From: Felis catus
Lineage: Eukaryota
NCBI RefSeq assembly: GCF_018350175.1
Contig: NC_058368.1
Location: forward strand, 69,752,001-69,816,000
DNA: 64,000 nucleotides
Direction of reading: 5' to 3'
Shown here: positions 1-11,591 of the stretch, one piece after another
Layout of the letters: each line of letters begins with the position of its first letter
Position numbering within the stretch: position 1 is the stretch's first letter
Made by a program: the position numbers and the translations under genes
Notes under the pieces: generated by a model
Seen by the model: the letters and a program-made list of their open reading frames with translations, nothing else
What the model was told of the DNA's origin: nothing
Databases searched by the model: none

Positions 1-523
1 TTTTAGAAGCAACACTATGGAGAAGTTAGGCGGTTCCTTAATAAGTTAGCCATAGAATTTCCCCATGACCCAGACATTCCGGTCCTCCATGTAGACCCAG
101 AACTGACACGGGTGTGAAACACTTGAACGTGAATGTCCATCATCCCTCTGGTGAGCATATAAACACAATGTGATATGTCCATATGATAAAATAGCCCCAG
201 GAAGGAGGGAAGTTCTGGTACATACTACAGTGTGGATGGAACTTGAAGACAGGAGAAGTGAGTGAAGCCAGACACACAAAAGGTCACATATGACAAGATT
301 CAGTTTACATGAAATATCCAAATAGGCAAATCCATAAAGAAAGAAGACAGATTGGTGGGAGCCAGGCGCTGGGGAAAGGGGAGAGGGACAGTGACCACTG
401 ATCGGGCGCAGAGTTTCCTCTTGGGTGATGAAAATTTCCCCACCTAGAGGAGTAGTGGGTATGCTGAGTGCATAAAGGTCACAAATGGTACATTTTATGT
501 GTATTTTATCACAATTTAAAAAA
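1..523 (+). mobile_element. Old L1 3' end (L1MB-like), truncated by window edge
   Basis: Typical L1MB 3' motifs: 'aagccagacacacaaaaggtcacatatg', 'gaaatatccaaataggcaaatccata'; ends 'ttatcacaatttaaaaaa'. Confidence 0.8.
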
Positions 524-1032
524 TAGTTTTGTGGGGTTTTAAGTGCCCCAAATGACGCATGGCCTCCGGGGCTTATTAGTCTTGGGGGGAGGAGTTCCTG
601 ACACCCATTTGCCACTTCTTGTTTGATCCCAGAACACAGTTCACTTGTTTCTAAGAACCAGAGCTGAGTCATGGAGCAGGTTCTCTGTCCCTTACTCTCC
701 TGTGGCTCATCTGTCTCCCCAGCCCCCTGCTGCCACTCTGTGGCCCCTGTCCCCTCCCCTCACAGCTGGAAACCCGGGGCCTGGGGATTAAGGGCAGAGT
801 CCCAGGCTCACAAGGGGGCCTCTGAGCACTGCTTTCTCTGCGTGTGGAACTGACCGTCGTCCCTGCCTCGTGGGCTCCTGGGAAGGACAGGAGCTCAGCA
901 AGGCATTCAGTAAACTGTAACCACGACCGCTATAGTTTGCGCCGGGACGGGGACCCTGGCACGAGGCAGCCACGGGTGTGGACGCAGGTGTGCGTGCTCC
1001 CAGCCGAGCCTCGGGGTCTGTTTCGCCCGCAG

Positions 1033-1101
1033 GAATTCATCCGCCTGGGCAGCCTCAGCAAGCTCTCCGGCAAGGGGCTCCAGCAACGCATGTTTTTCCT
1101 G
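1033..1101 (+). CDS. FARP1: FARP1 exon (start of PH1): EFIRLGSLSKLSGKGLQQRMFFL
   Basis: cgcag| ... |gtgagt; 69 nt, phase 0/0; matches recalled FARP1 protein. Confidence 0.96.
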
Positions 1102-1297
1102 GTGAGTGCTGATGGCCGTTGGTCGGGTCCCGGGCCGGCCCTGGGCCACCTGGGAGGAGGGAGGAGCAGCCTGCGCTGCTCAGACTGGAGCTGCCGAGAC
1201 CAGTGAGTTGCCGGGGAGGTTCCGAAAACCTGCTCTGGGCACCTGCTGTTTCAGTGCGGCCCGCCCGTCTCATCCGCACTTGTCCTTGCTCCTCCAG

Positions 1298-1387
1298 TTC
1301 AACGACGTCTTGCTGTACACGAGCAGGGGGCTGACGGCCTCGAATCAGTTTAAAGTGCACGGGCAGCTCCCGCTCTACGGCATGACT
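1298..1387 (+). CDS. FARP1: FARP1 exon: FNDVLLYTSRGLTASNQFKVHGQLPLYGMT
   Basis: ctccag| ... |gtgagt; 90 nt; in frame with previous exon. Confidence 0.96.
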
Positions 1388-2025
1388 GTGAGTATGCGCC
1401 GTGGGCATGAGATCGGGGGCCCCGCCCTGCGGGCTGCAGGCAGTTCTCAGGCCCGATAACGGGAGCAGGAGCCCATAACGTGAGGAAGGCACCTTGGGCC
1501 TTGTTCGGGTTCCCCAAGAGGGGCTCAGGACATGGCTCGTCCCGCATGCAGGATGCCTGCGTACATTTCTTCTAGAATCAAGTGAGGAAGCGAGCTGACG
1601 TGGCCATGAGGTCTGAATCTGCCTTTTACTTCTTGCCTGGCGCTGGGGGCCCTGAAAGACCATCCTCTCCATCCACATGGAAAGGCGGAGCCCCCGCCCA
1701 ATCGAGCAGCCACCTGTCTTTCCCCAGACATGCGCCAGGGGACAGGTCTCCATGATCTGTGACCCTTGTTTGGCAGATGCAGACAGAATGCCAGTCTGCC
1801 CAGGATTATTTCCCTGGCTTAAACTGTCACTCCCCTCAGTGGTTGGATGAAAGGAAGTTTATGGGCTCAACCAAAAAAACAAAAAAAACAAAAACACTTT
1901 TGGTGTTCTGAATGTGATTTTTCGGACATGGTTCCTCTGAGCTGTAGCCAGTTTAGCAAACGTTTGGAAATGCACCGCGTGTCCCCCTGCCTCTGGCAGT
2001 AACATTCTGCACACTCATCCCACAG

Positions 2026-2108
2026 ATAGAGGAAAGTGAAGACGAGTGGGGTGTCCCCCACTGCCTGACCCTGCGGGGCCAGCGACAGTCCCTCGTCGTG
2101 GCGGCCAG
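2026..2108 (+). CDS. FARP1: FARP1 exon: IEESEDEWGVPHCLTLRGQRQSLVVAA(S)
   Basis: cacag| ... |gtaact; 83 nt, phase 0/2; read manually, not in ORF track. Confidence 0.95.
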
Positions 2109-2183
2109 GTAACTCCTGACCTCTCACCTGCTTCTCCTTCCACCTGCTGTGGTCTGAAGACCTGACGTCTGCCTCTTCTTCAG

Positions 2184-2296
2184 CTCTAGATCCGAGATGG
2201 AAAAGTGGGTTGAGGATATACAAATGGCCATCGACTTGGCAGAGAAAAGCAGTGGCCCCACTCCCGAGTTCCTGGCCAGCAGCCCCCCCGACCACA
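2184..2296 (+). CDS. FARP1: FARP1 exon: (S)SRSEMEKWVEDIQMAIDLAEKSSGPTPEFLASSPPDH(K)
   Basis: cttcag| ... |gtgagt; 113 nt, phase 2/1; follows a 75-nt intron. Confidence 0.95.
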
Positions 2297-2822
2297 GTGA
2301 GTGTGGAGGGAGAGGCTTCCCTGGTGCCCCCCTGGGCGTGTCACCTCCAGGCACTAGCCTCAGGGGAGTGCGGGGGACAGCTCTGGCTGATGGAGGGAGG
2401 GTATCCCGCTGCACTTAAAAATCACCCCACCAGGTGGGCTCCTATCTGTGGTTGACATTTGTGTTTAAAGCTAATAATCAAGGAACTTCCAGTTCTTAAG
2501 AGTAAAAAAACCCCTGGGAACAGTGCGAGGGAGCAGGGAAGTCCTCTCTTCTGGGCCCGCACGGCGGCTCGTGGTCCAGAAGGTCCGCGTGCAGGGAGAG
2601 AACCCCAACCCCAGCGCTCAAGTGTGTTAGGGGCTTCGCGGCACGCACACCTGGGGTGGGACCCCGACAAGAGATGGCTGCTACCGTGGCTTCCTTCTCT
2701 GGGGGCTTCCCAGGGGAGTGCCCCTGGCTGTCGAGTCCCACTCAGCACCGGGGAGGGTCCCCAAGGGGTCCCTTTCCTGGCCAGCAGACGTCTGAAGCGC
2801 TGCCTTTTGCCGCCTCCCACAG

Positions 2823-2989
2823 AGTCCCCCGATGAGGCCGCGGTGGCCGACCAGGAGTCGGAGGACGACCTGAGTGCGTCGCGCACGTCGCTGGAGCGCC
2901 AGGCCCCGCACCGCGGCAACACCATGGTGCACGTGTGCTGGCACCGCAACACCAGCGTGTCCATGGTGGACTTCAGCGTCGCCGTGGAG
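2823..2989 (+). CDS. FARP1: FARP1 exon: (K)SPDEAAVADQESEDDLSASRTSLERQAPHRGNTMVHVCWHRNTSVSMVDFSVAVE
   Basis: cccacag| ... |gtacgg; 167 nt, phase 1/0. Confidence 0.96.
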
Positions 2990-4764
2990 GTACGGGCCGC
3001 CCGCGCGGTGCTCGGTCGCTCTCGTTCTCATTCTCCAGGCCGTCGCCGGGCCGTCCCTCCTCTGGTGGAGCTCGCTGTGGGGCGGCCGCTATCCATGCGC
3101 ACCGGCGCGTGGACAGAGGCCCCGGCGCGGACGGGGTGCAGGTGCCGGGAACCCCCCGTCCCCCCAGGCAGGTGTCCAGGGAGACAGTGGGGTCAGAAAG
3201 CTGGTGCCAGCCAGGGCCATGCGGGGCGCGGTTCACGGACGAAACCCTGGGACACGGCACACGGTCCCCTTCGATGCCGGGCTGCTGCCCCCAAACCTGC
3301 TTCCAGGGATGCCATCTAGCAGAGGCGCCGGAGTATCTTGTTAAACCCGAAAACGGAATTCCCAAACGGGCCTGGCCCGAGAAAATGTCCCGGGAGGCTG
3401 TGGGCTGAGAACGGCGGTTTGTTTTGCTGTTTTGCTTTTTGAAGCAACAGTGTTGGGGACGTGCCAAACCCTTCTTGATGGCTAGTCTGTGGGGACTGTC
3501 TGGGATTGTTCTCCGGAAGTGACCTTCACGGCTCCACAGAGCTGCTTTTGTGGAGTTCCCTGCCACAGAGAGTGTCCTGAAACCCGCGCCTGTCTGAACA
3601 CATCCTCAAGAGGACACGTCCGAGGCCCAGGCCCTCCTGTTGGCTGGCAGCGGACGTCCCCTCTCCTTCGACCCCACAGGGCCGGACTTGGTCCTGCCCG
3701 GCCCCCTTCCCACTGTGGGGCTGGAGAATTCTCCCCGGAGCGGGAAGGAAATCGAGTCTGTCCAGCGGGTCCAGGGAAGCAGGCGGAGGTGCGTCACTGA
3801 GGGGTGGACTTTGTGCCACTTTAGACGGACCTCCGCGGGGTGTGGGCAGGATGAAGCGTGGGAGGTTGGTAGGATTGGAGCCCCCTTTGTAAGCCCTGAA
3901 GGCACTTAGGCCGCTCAGGCGCAGCAGACACTGGAGTCAGGTGGGGCCCGGGGCCCGGACACGTCCTCAAGGCCAGCTCTTCGGGGTGACGGGCCGGCGC
4001 AGCCGCAGTCGTGTGCGTCGTCAGGTGACCGTACAGAACCCGGTCGGTAAAGCGGCCCTCAGGCCGGCCCCGCCCCCCCTTGGCTATTCGCAGCGCAGGA
4101 ACTGAGAACGGGCTTGGACGTTTTTAAATGGCTACTACACGTATCTGATTTTGCCTGACGAGCCTCACTATACACCATCTGGCCCTTTGAGGAAGTCTGG
4201 CAGCCGCCACAGCCCCTGGGCGTGTGGGTTTAAGGAGCGGTAATGTGGGCTGAATACTCATGGAATTGGCTGGTCTGTTCCTCTGCAGGTGCCCCCGGCC
4301 TCGCCACGGGCACATGGCATCAGTTTAGTGTCTGTGATGGGCCCCTTCGGTGCCAGGCACGTGCCCCCCCCCCCCCCCACTTCTCCCAGGTCCTCTGATC
4401 CCACTGGATGATGGGGGCGGGGAGCAGGCAGTTCGTTCCCCTCCTGACGGTTGCTTGCTGAGCCCCATGCCCGGAACCTCTTCCCGTCCCATCTCCTGCA
4501 GGACCCGTGCAGGTGGAGACGTGTCCTGGGGACAGCTGGGGAAGGCAAGGTGTGCCGGGCGTACCCGCAGGGTTATGGGCAAGCCAGGAGCATGCGGGAT
4601 GGGGGTGGTCCACGTAGGAAGGCCAGTGGAGCATTCTCGTGTCCTAGACTGGAGTTGGCAGGTGCCGGAGGTCTGGGGAGGGGTGGGCATTCTGGATGCA
4701 GGGGAGGACCAGGATGGAAGGGACAGCACTGACGGGGGATCCGTGGGATGGGGGGAGGGTCTCT

Positions 4765-5110
4765 GTGGGCTTGCCGGGCTGCCAGAACACGTTGCCACGG
4801 ACTGGTTAATGGGAAGTTCGTCCCTCGTGGTGCTGGAAGCCGAGGGAGGCTCCAGCCCCAGGAACGGCCAGAACTCCTTCGGTGTTTCTTGGCTGGTAGA
4901 TGCGTCACCCCTGCCTCCATCCCACCTGGAGGTCTCCCCAGTGTGTGTTATAAAAAAGACGCCGGTTACCACATCAGGGCCCCACCCTACCCCAGTATGA
5001 CCTCATCTTCACCTTGACATCCACACCCACCCTATTTCCAGATCAGGTCATGTCCACAGGTACCAGGGCTTTGGATTTGAACCTATCTTTGCAGGAGACA
5101 CAATCCGGTC
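4765..5110 (-). mobile_element. MaLR solo LTR (MLT1B/C-like)
   Basis: 'agggccccaccctaccccagtatgacctcatctt', 'ccctatttccagatcaggtca', 'ttgaacctatcttt' are antisense MLT1 motifs; ends approximate. Confidence 0.7.
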
Positions 5111-6713
5111 TGGACTAAAGACTGAGCAGTGATGTGAGCCAGGAAGAGGGCAGAGCAGAGGCCTTCCCTCCACTGGGGATTGGGGGAGTCCAGGAGAGGG
5201 GGCCACTGTGAAAGTGAGGAAACGGGGCGTCTGGGTCACAGATGTTGTCCTTCCTGCCCGGTAAAGGCAGCAGAAGGGGACTGGCCCACGTTGGAGGCAG
5301 ACCTGAGTCATCTGCCCCAGTGGGTTCAGCCTCTAGAGAGCAGTGTCAGAGAAAAGGTGGCAGAGTTTCGGGGCCATGTGACCTGAGGAGACAGACGTGT
5401 ACCCAAGTGAAGCCACGGGGAGAGGAGTTTGAGTGCAGTTCGTGACCACAGGGGCCACTAGGACAGCAGGGAGCTTTCAGAGAGTCTGAACATGGCATGT
5501 TCCAGAAAGGTGGCCGTGGGAAGTTAGCACCTCCCCGTGGACCTGCCTAGAATTGGGGCAAGGCGTGTACACGCTGCAGGACCGGGGTTAGGAGATCTTC
5601 TGGACGCCAACAGCTGGAAGAACTGTGTTCAGTAGAAGGCAGGTGCGCTCCCTCCTTGCCTCCGGGTGATGTGTAATCATGTGTGATGCTCCCCAGTTCT
5701 GCCTGTAACTCCCAATACCCTGTGTTCTTGTCACTTTCTGCCCATGGCTAGATGGCAGCCGGATAGAGTGATGAGGGGAGATGGGGAGCTCTATCGGGCA
5801 CCCCTGTTTGCAGTGTCCCCCTCGGGTCAGCTAAGTCCCGGGTGGGCTCTTTCCACCTCCTTTCAACCTGAGTCAGTCTCCCCATCAGACTGTGAGCCAC
5901 TCGAGGGCAGAGACATTTACACTTCTCTCTCCTGCTGCCGCGGGGACCTTGCTTATATAGGTCATTTAATAATGCTTTATAGGAAGAGTACCGGAGGAAT
6001 AGAATAATGCAGACTCAGGTATATTTATAAATTTTTCTTAAATGTAGTAATTTGCCCATTTGACACACAACTGTGGGATTGTGCCCAGCATCCTTTCCTG
6101 CTTTAGTCTCCCCAGTAACGAGCAGCAGGCCTTCTCAGTGTCCTGGCACAGCCCGTGGGGCTGCGCAGCCTGTGTCCTGCTGCAGCGGCGTGGGGGCTCC
6201 TCCACCCGGGCCTCAGAGCTAGAGAGTTCGGGCAGGACGGCCGCGCAACGCCCCTCTGTACCCATGGTTACTCTTCCTTCAGCTCCGGGGAGTCACAGGC
6301 GGCCCCCTGCCAGGACACATTCCACTGCAGGCCAGCGTTCCCGCCAAGGCCACTAGATGGCGCACAGGGCCCGCCAGCACGTCACCCAGGGTGACGGATC
6401 CTTTCCCCGTCTCTCCGAGGGAACGCAGGGCCACTGGACGGAGCCTGATGTGCTCCTGCCGTATACCTGTGATGACAACCCCCATGAACACCTGAGGTCA
6501 CAGCTGGGCGTGGGGAACAGCGCAAATCAACCCGTAACGGGGGCCAAGAATTAAATAAGGCTCCAAGAATCCACCCGCAGGGAGAACAGCTCTCCCTCAG
6601 TCACACGCGGGAAGCCCCGCCCAGGAGTCCCGCGGGACCGCGAAGACCAGGCCGCGCGCTGCCGGCGAGGGCGCCCCCCACTCGTGCTCCTTACGTGCGT
6701 GCTTGTCTTTCAG

Positions 6714-6821
6714 AATCAGTTGTCCGGGAACCTGCTGAGGAAATTCAAAAACAGCAACGGGTGGCAGAAGCTGTGGGTGGTGTTCACGAACTTCTGCCTG
6801 TTCTTCTACAAGTCCCACCAG
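6714..6821 (+). CDS. FARP1: FARP1 exon (PH2): NQLSGNLLRKFKNSNGWQKLWVVFTNFCLFFYKSHQ
   Basis: ctttcag| ... |gtaagt; 108 nt, phase 0/0. Confidence 0.97.
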
Positions 6822-7065
6822 GTAAGTACCACATGGGACAGTGGGGACAGTACACCTGCCGGGGGCCGGCCTTCCTCTGGAAGGGCGAACAACGGGGCCT
6901 TTGAGCCACCCACCCGGGCATGGAGGGAGGGTCGCGGTGTGTGAGAAGGGGTCCCGCCCTGCACAGCGGCCCAGAGAGCCTCGGTTCTAACTGGTCTGAC
7001 GTCCGTCTGCAGCAATCCTGCCGAAGCCTGGTTGGTTGAGCCAGAGAGGGGGGAGGGCTTCACTG

Positions 7066-7243
7066 AAGGTTCCTGCATGGCTCGGTCAGTTGGGGGCCCA
7101 ACCCTGAACTGGGAGATCCTGACTGGAGCCAAAATCACCAGTTCGAGCCCTCCATTGGGCTCTGCACTGACAGTACAGAGCCTGCTGGGGATTCTCTATC
7201 TGCCTCTCTCAAAATCAGTAAAATGGGAAAAAAAAAAAAAAAA
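7066..7243 (+). mobile_element. CAN-SINE with internal micro-inversion
   Basis: tRNA-derived head 'tggctcggtcagtt', B-box 'agttcgagccc', CT tract and A tail; 7105-7137 is inverted. Confidence 0.85.
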
Positions 7244-7339
7244 CTTATGAAGGCGCAGGGCCCCACTAGCTGGCCTGCGAGGAAGGCAGCCACTGCTCAG
7301 GCCCAAGCACCTGCAGCCCCTTCTGTTGCCTCTGTCCAG

Positions 7340-7491
7340 GACCATCACCCCCTGGCAAGCCTGCCTCTGCTCGGCTACTCACTCACCATTCCCTCCGAGT
7401 CCGAGGACATCCACAAAGACTACGTGTTCAAGCTGCATTTCAAGTCTCACGTGTACTACTTCAGGGCCGAAAGCGAGTACACGTTTGAAAG
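7340..7491 (+). CDS. FARP1: FARP1 exon: DHHPLASLPLLGYSLTIPSESEDIHKDYVFKLHFKSHVYYFRAESEYTFE(R)
   Basis: gtccag| ... |gtaatg; 152 nt, phase 0/2. Confidence 0.97.
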
Positions 7492-8376
7492 GTAATGACG
7501 CTTCCTTCCACACAGGCGACTGCAGGAAAAACCCACCCTCTCCTGAGCCACGGGGCTTCTCCCACGTGAGCCAAGTGGACGAGGTTTATAGCAGCAGCCA
7601 CTCCCTGCCCGCCACAGGCCTGGGCATTTACTCACTTCCAAAATGTCCCTGACCTTTGGTGGGGGCGGGGCGGGCCGTCCCCTTTGCCTATAACATCATA
7701 TCCACTTCTGTTTTCATAGAAGCAAGTAAAACTGAGACTTCCCTGGGTAGTGACATCAGTCCTTAGCCTGTACCGTGTCAGGGCCACACGCGGTGCACTT
7801 TTAAATCTCTAGCAAGTGTGTTGTTTTAGTCTCTGGAGTATTGAGTCGGAACATGCCGGACTGTGCTAGGGCCAGAAGACCACTCGAGGAAAGAAAAAAT
7901 CCTAACGTTTCTCAGGGTTACCTTCTTAATAAGACTAACACGTGGTGTAAGGCCCAGGAGCCACAGTCCTCAGACTTTTCCCAAAATTTCAGGTAGGAAA
8001 TCTGGGCCCCCAGGAATGGCATCCTGCCACTTGGGCAGGCGGTGGGGTCCTCGGGCCATAGTCCGGGCAGAGTTAACAGTCACCCGCCCGCTTAGGGAGG
8101 ACGGTCTCTCCTGGCCATGCTGATCGCACACGGCGTGTTCCTTCGTCCCCATGGGTTCCATGAGCCCACAGGTTACGACGTTAGTTCAGCGGCAACCACA
8201 CGGTGGTTGAAAACCCAAGTCAAAGCCTCCCCATAAGGTACGCTGCTCAAAAAGCGAGCCCAGCGGAGAACTCTTCTCAAATCTGAGCCTGGCCCAGAGA
8301 ACCCAGACTGGGGGCTGATCCTAAAAAGACCAGTGATTAGAGACTTTTGAAAGCCCTGCTACCAGTTCCACGGAGG

Positions 8377-8578
8377 CAGGGCCTCCTCCCCTCAACACTG
8401 CTGACCCTGGAGTCCATTCGGCTGTCTGGAGGGGTGGGGGGGGGGGGGTCCTGTCCTGTGCAGTAGAGGATGCCCAGCAGCATCCCGGCCCCTCCTACTA
8501 GAGGCCACTTGCACCCCTTCCTCCGTGACCACCCAAAACACCTCCAGCCGCTGTCCACCCGGGTGGTTGAGAGCCGCC
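8377..8578 (+). mobile_element. MER20-like hAT-Charlie element
   Basis: 'tgtcctgtgcagtagaggatgcccagcagcatcccggccc...actagaggcca...ggttgagagcc' follows recalled MER20 consensus. Confidence 0.7.
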
Positions 8579-8928
8579 AATACACCGCAACTACCCAAAC
8601 GCATATAACGGGCTGCTCGTCACCATCCAGGAGGGAGAACAGGAAGCCACCTCACCTCCAACTGCTTCACGTGGAGCGTGCTGCCGCGTCACCTGGGCAC
8701 TTCCTGTGGTCTACAAAATGAGCGCCCAGGCCGGTGGTCCTCAAACCGTTCCTCAGGAGCACCTAGAGGAACCCTTAGCCTTGCTTCCGTTCACTTGGGT
8801 AGCAGGAGTTCATTCAGGAACTCTTCTGCTGGAGTTGCACGTCACGTAAGTCACGACGCACGCTGAGTATCGGGACGCTCTTACAAGACCAAGTGACCCT
8901 TGACCGTCATTTTGCTTTCTGGTCTTAG

Positions 8929-9010
8929 GTGGATGGAGGTGATCCGCAGCGCGACCAGCTCGGCTTCCCGCGCCCACATCCTGAGTCACAAAGAATCCCA
9001 CGTGTACTGA
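8929..9010 (+). CDS. FARP1: FARP1 terminal coding exon: (R)WMEVIRSATSSASRAHILSHKESHVY*
   Basis: tcttag| acceptor; TGA at 9008-9010; matches FARP1 C-terminus. Confidence 0.96.
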
Positions 9011-10385
9011 TGGCAGGACCCGTTTGCTGGTGTGAGCGGTGGCTGCTTTCCCGGGAGACACTTACTTTCCCTCTGTATTAATGAAGCCTAGTAAAATTAA
9101 CACCTGTCTGGAAAACAGAAACATGGTTTCACAGCAACTCTCCTCTATCTCCGCAAAACCGTTTTTAACCTTGTCTTTTCGAGCTGTTCGTGTCGTCTGA
9201 ACGGAACCGTGCTCCCACCTCGGACGCTGGTGGCTCGTCCGTCCTTGTCCTGGTGGGCTCTTTCTAGCTTGTGCCAGTATTAAAACGTTGTCATTGATGT
9301 AGTGCCAAATGACGGTTTTTCTTCCACAAACTGCACCTTAAAAGCGGGACAACCACATCCGTTCAACCAAAAAAGACAGGGCAAGTGCTCTCCTTTTTCT
9401 TAAAAAAGAAAATTCTTTTGACTTACAGGCTGGTGCATTTTAAAAACAAATGGATTTTCCAATGTTTGTGATACATATGGCACAGTCTTAAGCAAAATGA
9501 GATCATTTTCCGATTTCGTTTTTTCAATCTTTCTACTTTTATAATAGTAGCAAGTTAGTAGGATTTACTTCGATTAATAAGCAATTTGCAGCACACGAAG
9601 TACGTTCCCCTTTGGGGTCTTATGCTCCAAGGAAACGCTGTTCTTGGCACAAGTTGACCAAATTGTTGAAGCGGTTCCTCTTTACAGACCGTAGCGGGTT
9701 GTGCTCTGTTCAGAGAAGCAGAAACCGAGCACGACATCCGCGGTCTCGCTGTGGTGTGTCCGACCGAAGATGCTAAGCCGTGGTGTTTGCTGTTTCACAA
9801 GCATGAGAACCCGTATGTCCGTAATCAGGGCCATTTGTGAGATGTGACGTCCGGAGGGTGGGCGCGGCCCCCGTCATACCTGTATCCTGCAACTGTGGTT
9901 TGGAATTGCACATTCAATAGTAGTATATATTGTGCCTGTCTTCAAAAAACATTCTTTCCTCCTTTTTATACTCACTGCCCCCCCCCCCCCTCGCATGGGG
10001 TATCACCAGTAGGACACTGCGCATCCTCGACAGACCGCACAGAGGACACGGCTGGCGCCCACGAGGCAGAGTCCATGTGCCTGGTCTCCGTGGAGGGCGG
10101 GGGGCTGCTATCCCCTAGTTAAACCCTTTCTGACACAGTCCAGAGGGGGCGACCGATCCAACCAGTATCTCCCAGTGCCCGCACCACAGCTGGGAAAGCC
10201 CCTTACCTAAGAAACACAGGACGACCCGACGCGGGGGAGCCGTGACTGGCGTGCGTGGCAACGGCGATGTGCAAATCAACGTGCAAATGGACCAGTAGCC
10301 CGAGACGTGTTAATCATTTGCCTTACGACATGTACCAGATGGTTTTAAGTACTAACAAAAGGGAATAAAAATACCTCACGCCACA
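9011..10385 (+). other. FARP1: FARP1 3'UTR (end approximate)
   Basis: No recognisable interspersed repeats after the stop; ATTAAA at 9279-9284 and AATAAA at 10364-10369. Confidence 0.65.
10364..10369 (+). terminator. FARP1: Probable FARP1 polyadenylation signal AATAAA
   Basis: Canonical hexamer about 1.35 kb after the stop. Confidence 0.6.
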
Positions 10386-11082
10386 ATCCAGCATATTGAA
10401 GTTTTAAGGCAAAACATAACCAACCTCGTCCGGTCTTTCTTTTCGCCTAAGGTGGGCGGGTTGCGGGGAGGGAGCCGTCGAGGCGCGGACGTGGCCGGTC
10501 CCGCAGGGGTGGGTGCGAAACACACACACAGAGCGTGTGGGAATCTTGGTCTGTGACCGGCTATCTGCGGCCGCCGAACTGGGGGGACAGAACCTCGCAA
10601 GGAGCCGGTCCGTGGCTATAAAAGGACTAGAACCCAAGGGATGGAAGCGAAGGGGACAGAGGGGCTGGCTTCCACTTCCTTTGTGACAAGCGGCCCCTGG
10701 AGACCAGCTGTTTCTCCCACACCCCAGGGGTAGGACCAACTCCCTGGGAAGGTGAACCCGTCACCAGGCGGCCAACAGGGCACAGGCAAGATCAGGAAAA
10801 TGCTCTCTGTAGCAATCACCTGTCACTAAACCCTACAGGGCGTGAGGATGAGGTGGTCTAGTTCAGGGTCTCCGAGCGAAGAGCCCAAACCGTGTCCGTG
10901 GTACAAGTGGTTCCGTTCCGTCAGCACCTCTGTGTCCCCGTGACATCAAAGCAAACCTTAGGTCCAAGTCACGTGGGCAAGTGAGACCGCTCCCAAGCTG
11001 CCAGGAACATATGGGGAGTTTCAGAGACAACCTGTACCTGAGTCCAGCCTGTAACAAAAACTGGCCTACAAACGGGAACGTA

Positions 11083-11245
11083 GGGGCCCCTGGGTGGCTC
11101 AGTCGGCTGAGTATCTGACGTCAGCTCAGGTCACAATCTGGCGGTTCACGAGGTCGAGCCCCACAGGGCTTGCTGCCGTCAGCTTCAGAGCCTCTGTCTG
11201 CCCCCCGCTTGTGTTTTCTCTCAAAGGTAAAAAAAAATATTAAAA
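11083..11245 (+). mobile_element. CAN-SINE, internally deleted
   Basis: 'ggggcccctgggtggctcagtcgg' head and A tail. Confidence 0.85.
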
Positions 11246-11537
11246 AACAAATGTATCTCACGGTTCTGGAGGCGGGAAAGCGGAAGATCAGGGCGCTGGC
11301 AGATCCGGTGTCTGGCGAGAGCCTGCGTGGTTCACGGCCAGCTGTCTTCTCGCTGTGTCCTCGCAGGGCAAGGGGGGGCAGATCTCTCTTGGAAAGTCCC
11401 TAATCCTGTCATGGGAGTTCCACCCTCGTGACCTAACTCCCTCCCAAAGGCCCCACCTCCAAATACCATCGGGGGGGGGGGGGGGGGGAACAGGACTAGG
11501 GCTTTAACATAAATTCTGGGGGAGCCATTCAGCCTGT
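11246..11537 (-). mobile_element. MLT1A-like MaLR LTR
   Basis: 'tctcacggttctggaggcgggaaag...aagatcagggcgctggcagatccggtgtctggcgagagcc', 'ccctcgtgacctaactccctcccaaaggccccacctccaaataccatc'. Confidence 0.85.
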
Positions 11538-11585
11538 CCCCTCTACACACACGAGACCGAGTTACACAATTAATTTTCTGTGAAC

Positions 11586-11591
11586 TTTATT
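11586..11591 (-). terminator. STK24: Probable distal STK24 poly(A) signal (second AATAAA at 11646-11651)
   Basis: tttatt on + in an AT-rich block; GU-rich 'ctcgtgtgtgt' downstream on -. Confidence 0.6.

Noticed and set aside
46..672. 208-aa minus-strand ORF
   Set aside because: Largely the antisense reading of an L1 3' fragment.
2459..3319. 286-aa ORF on + and overlapping ORFs on both strands
   Set aside because: Only 2823-2989 is FARP1 exon; the rest is stop-poor GC-rich intron with no recognisable protein.
4325..5000. Paired 215/216-aa ORFs on opposite strands
   Set aside because: GC-rich intron overlapping an MLT1 LTR; low-complexity translation and no recognisable domain.
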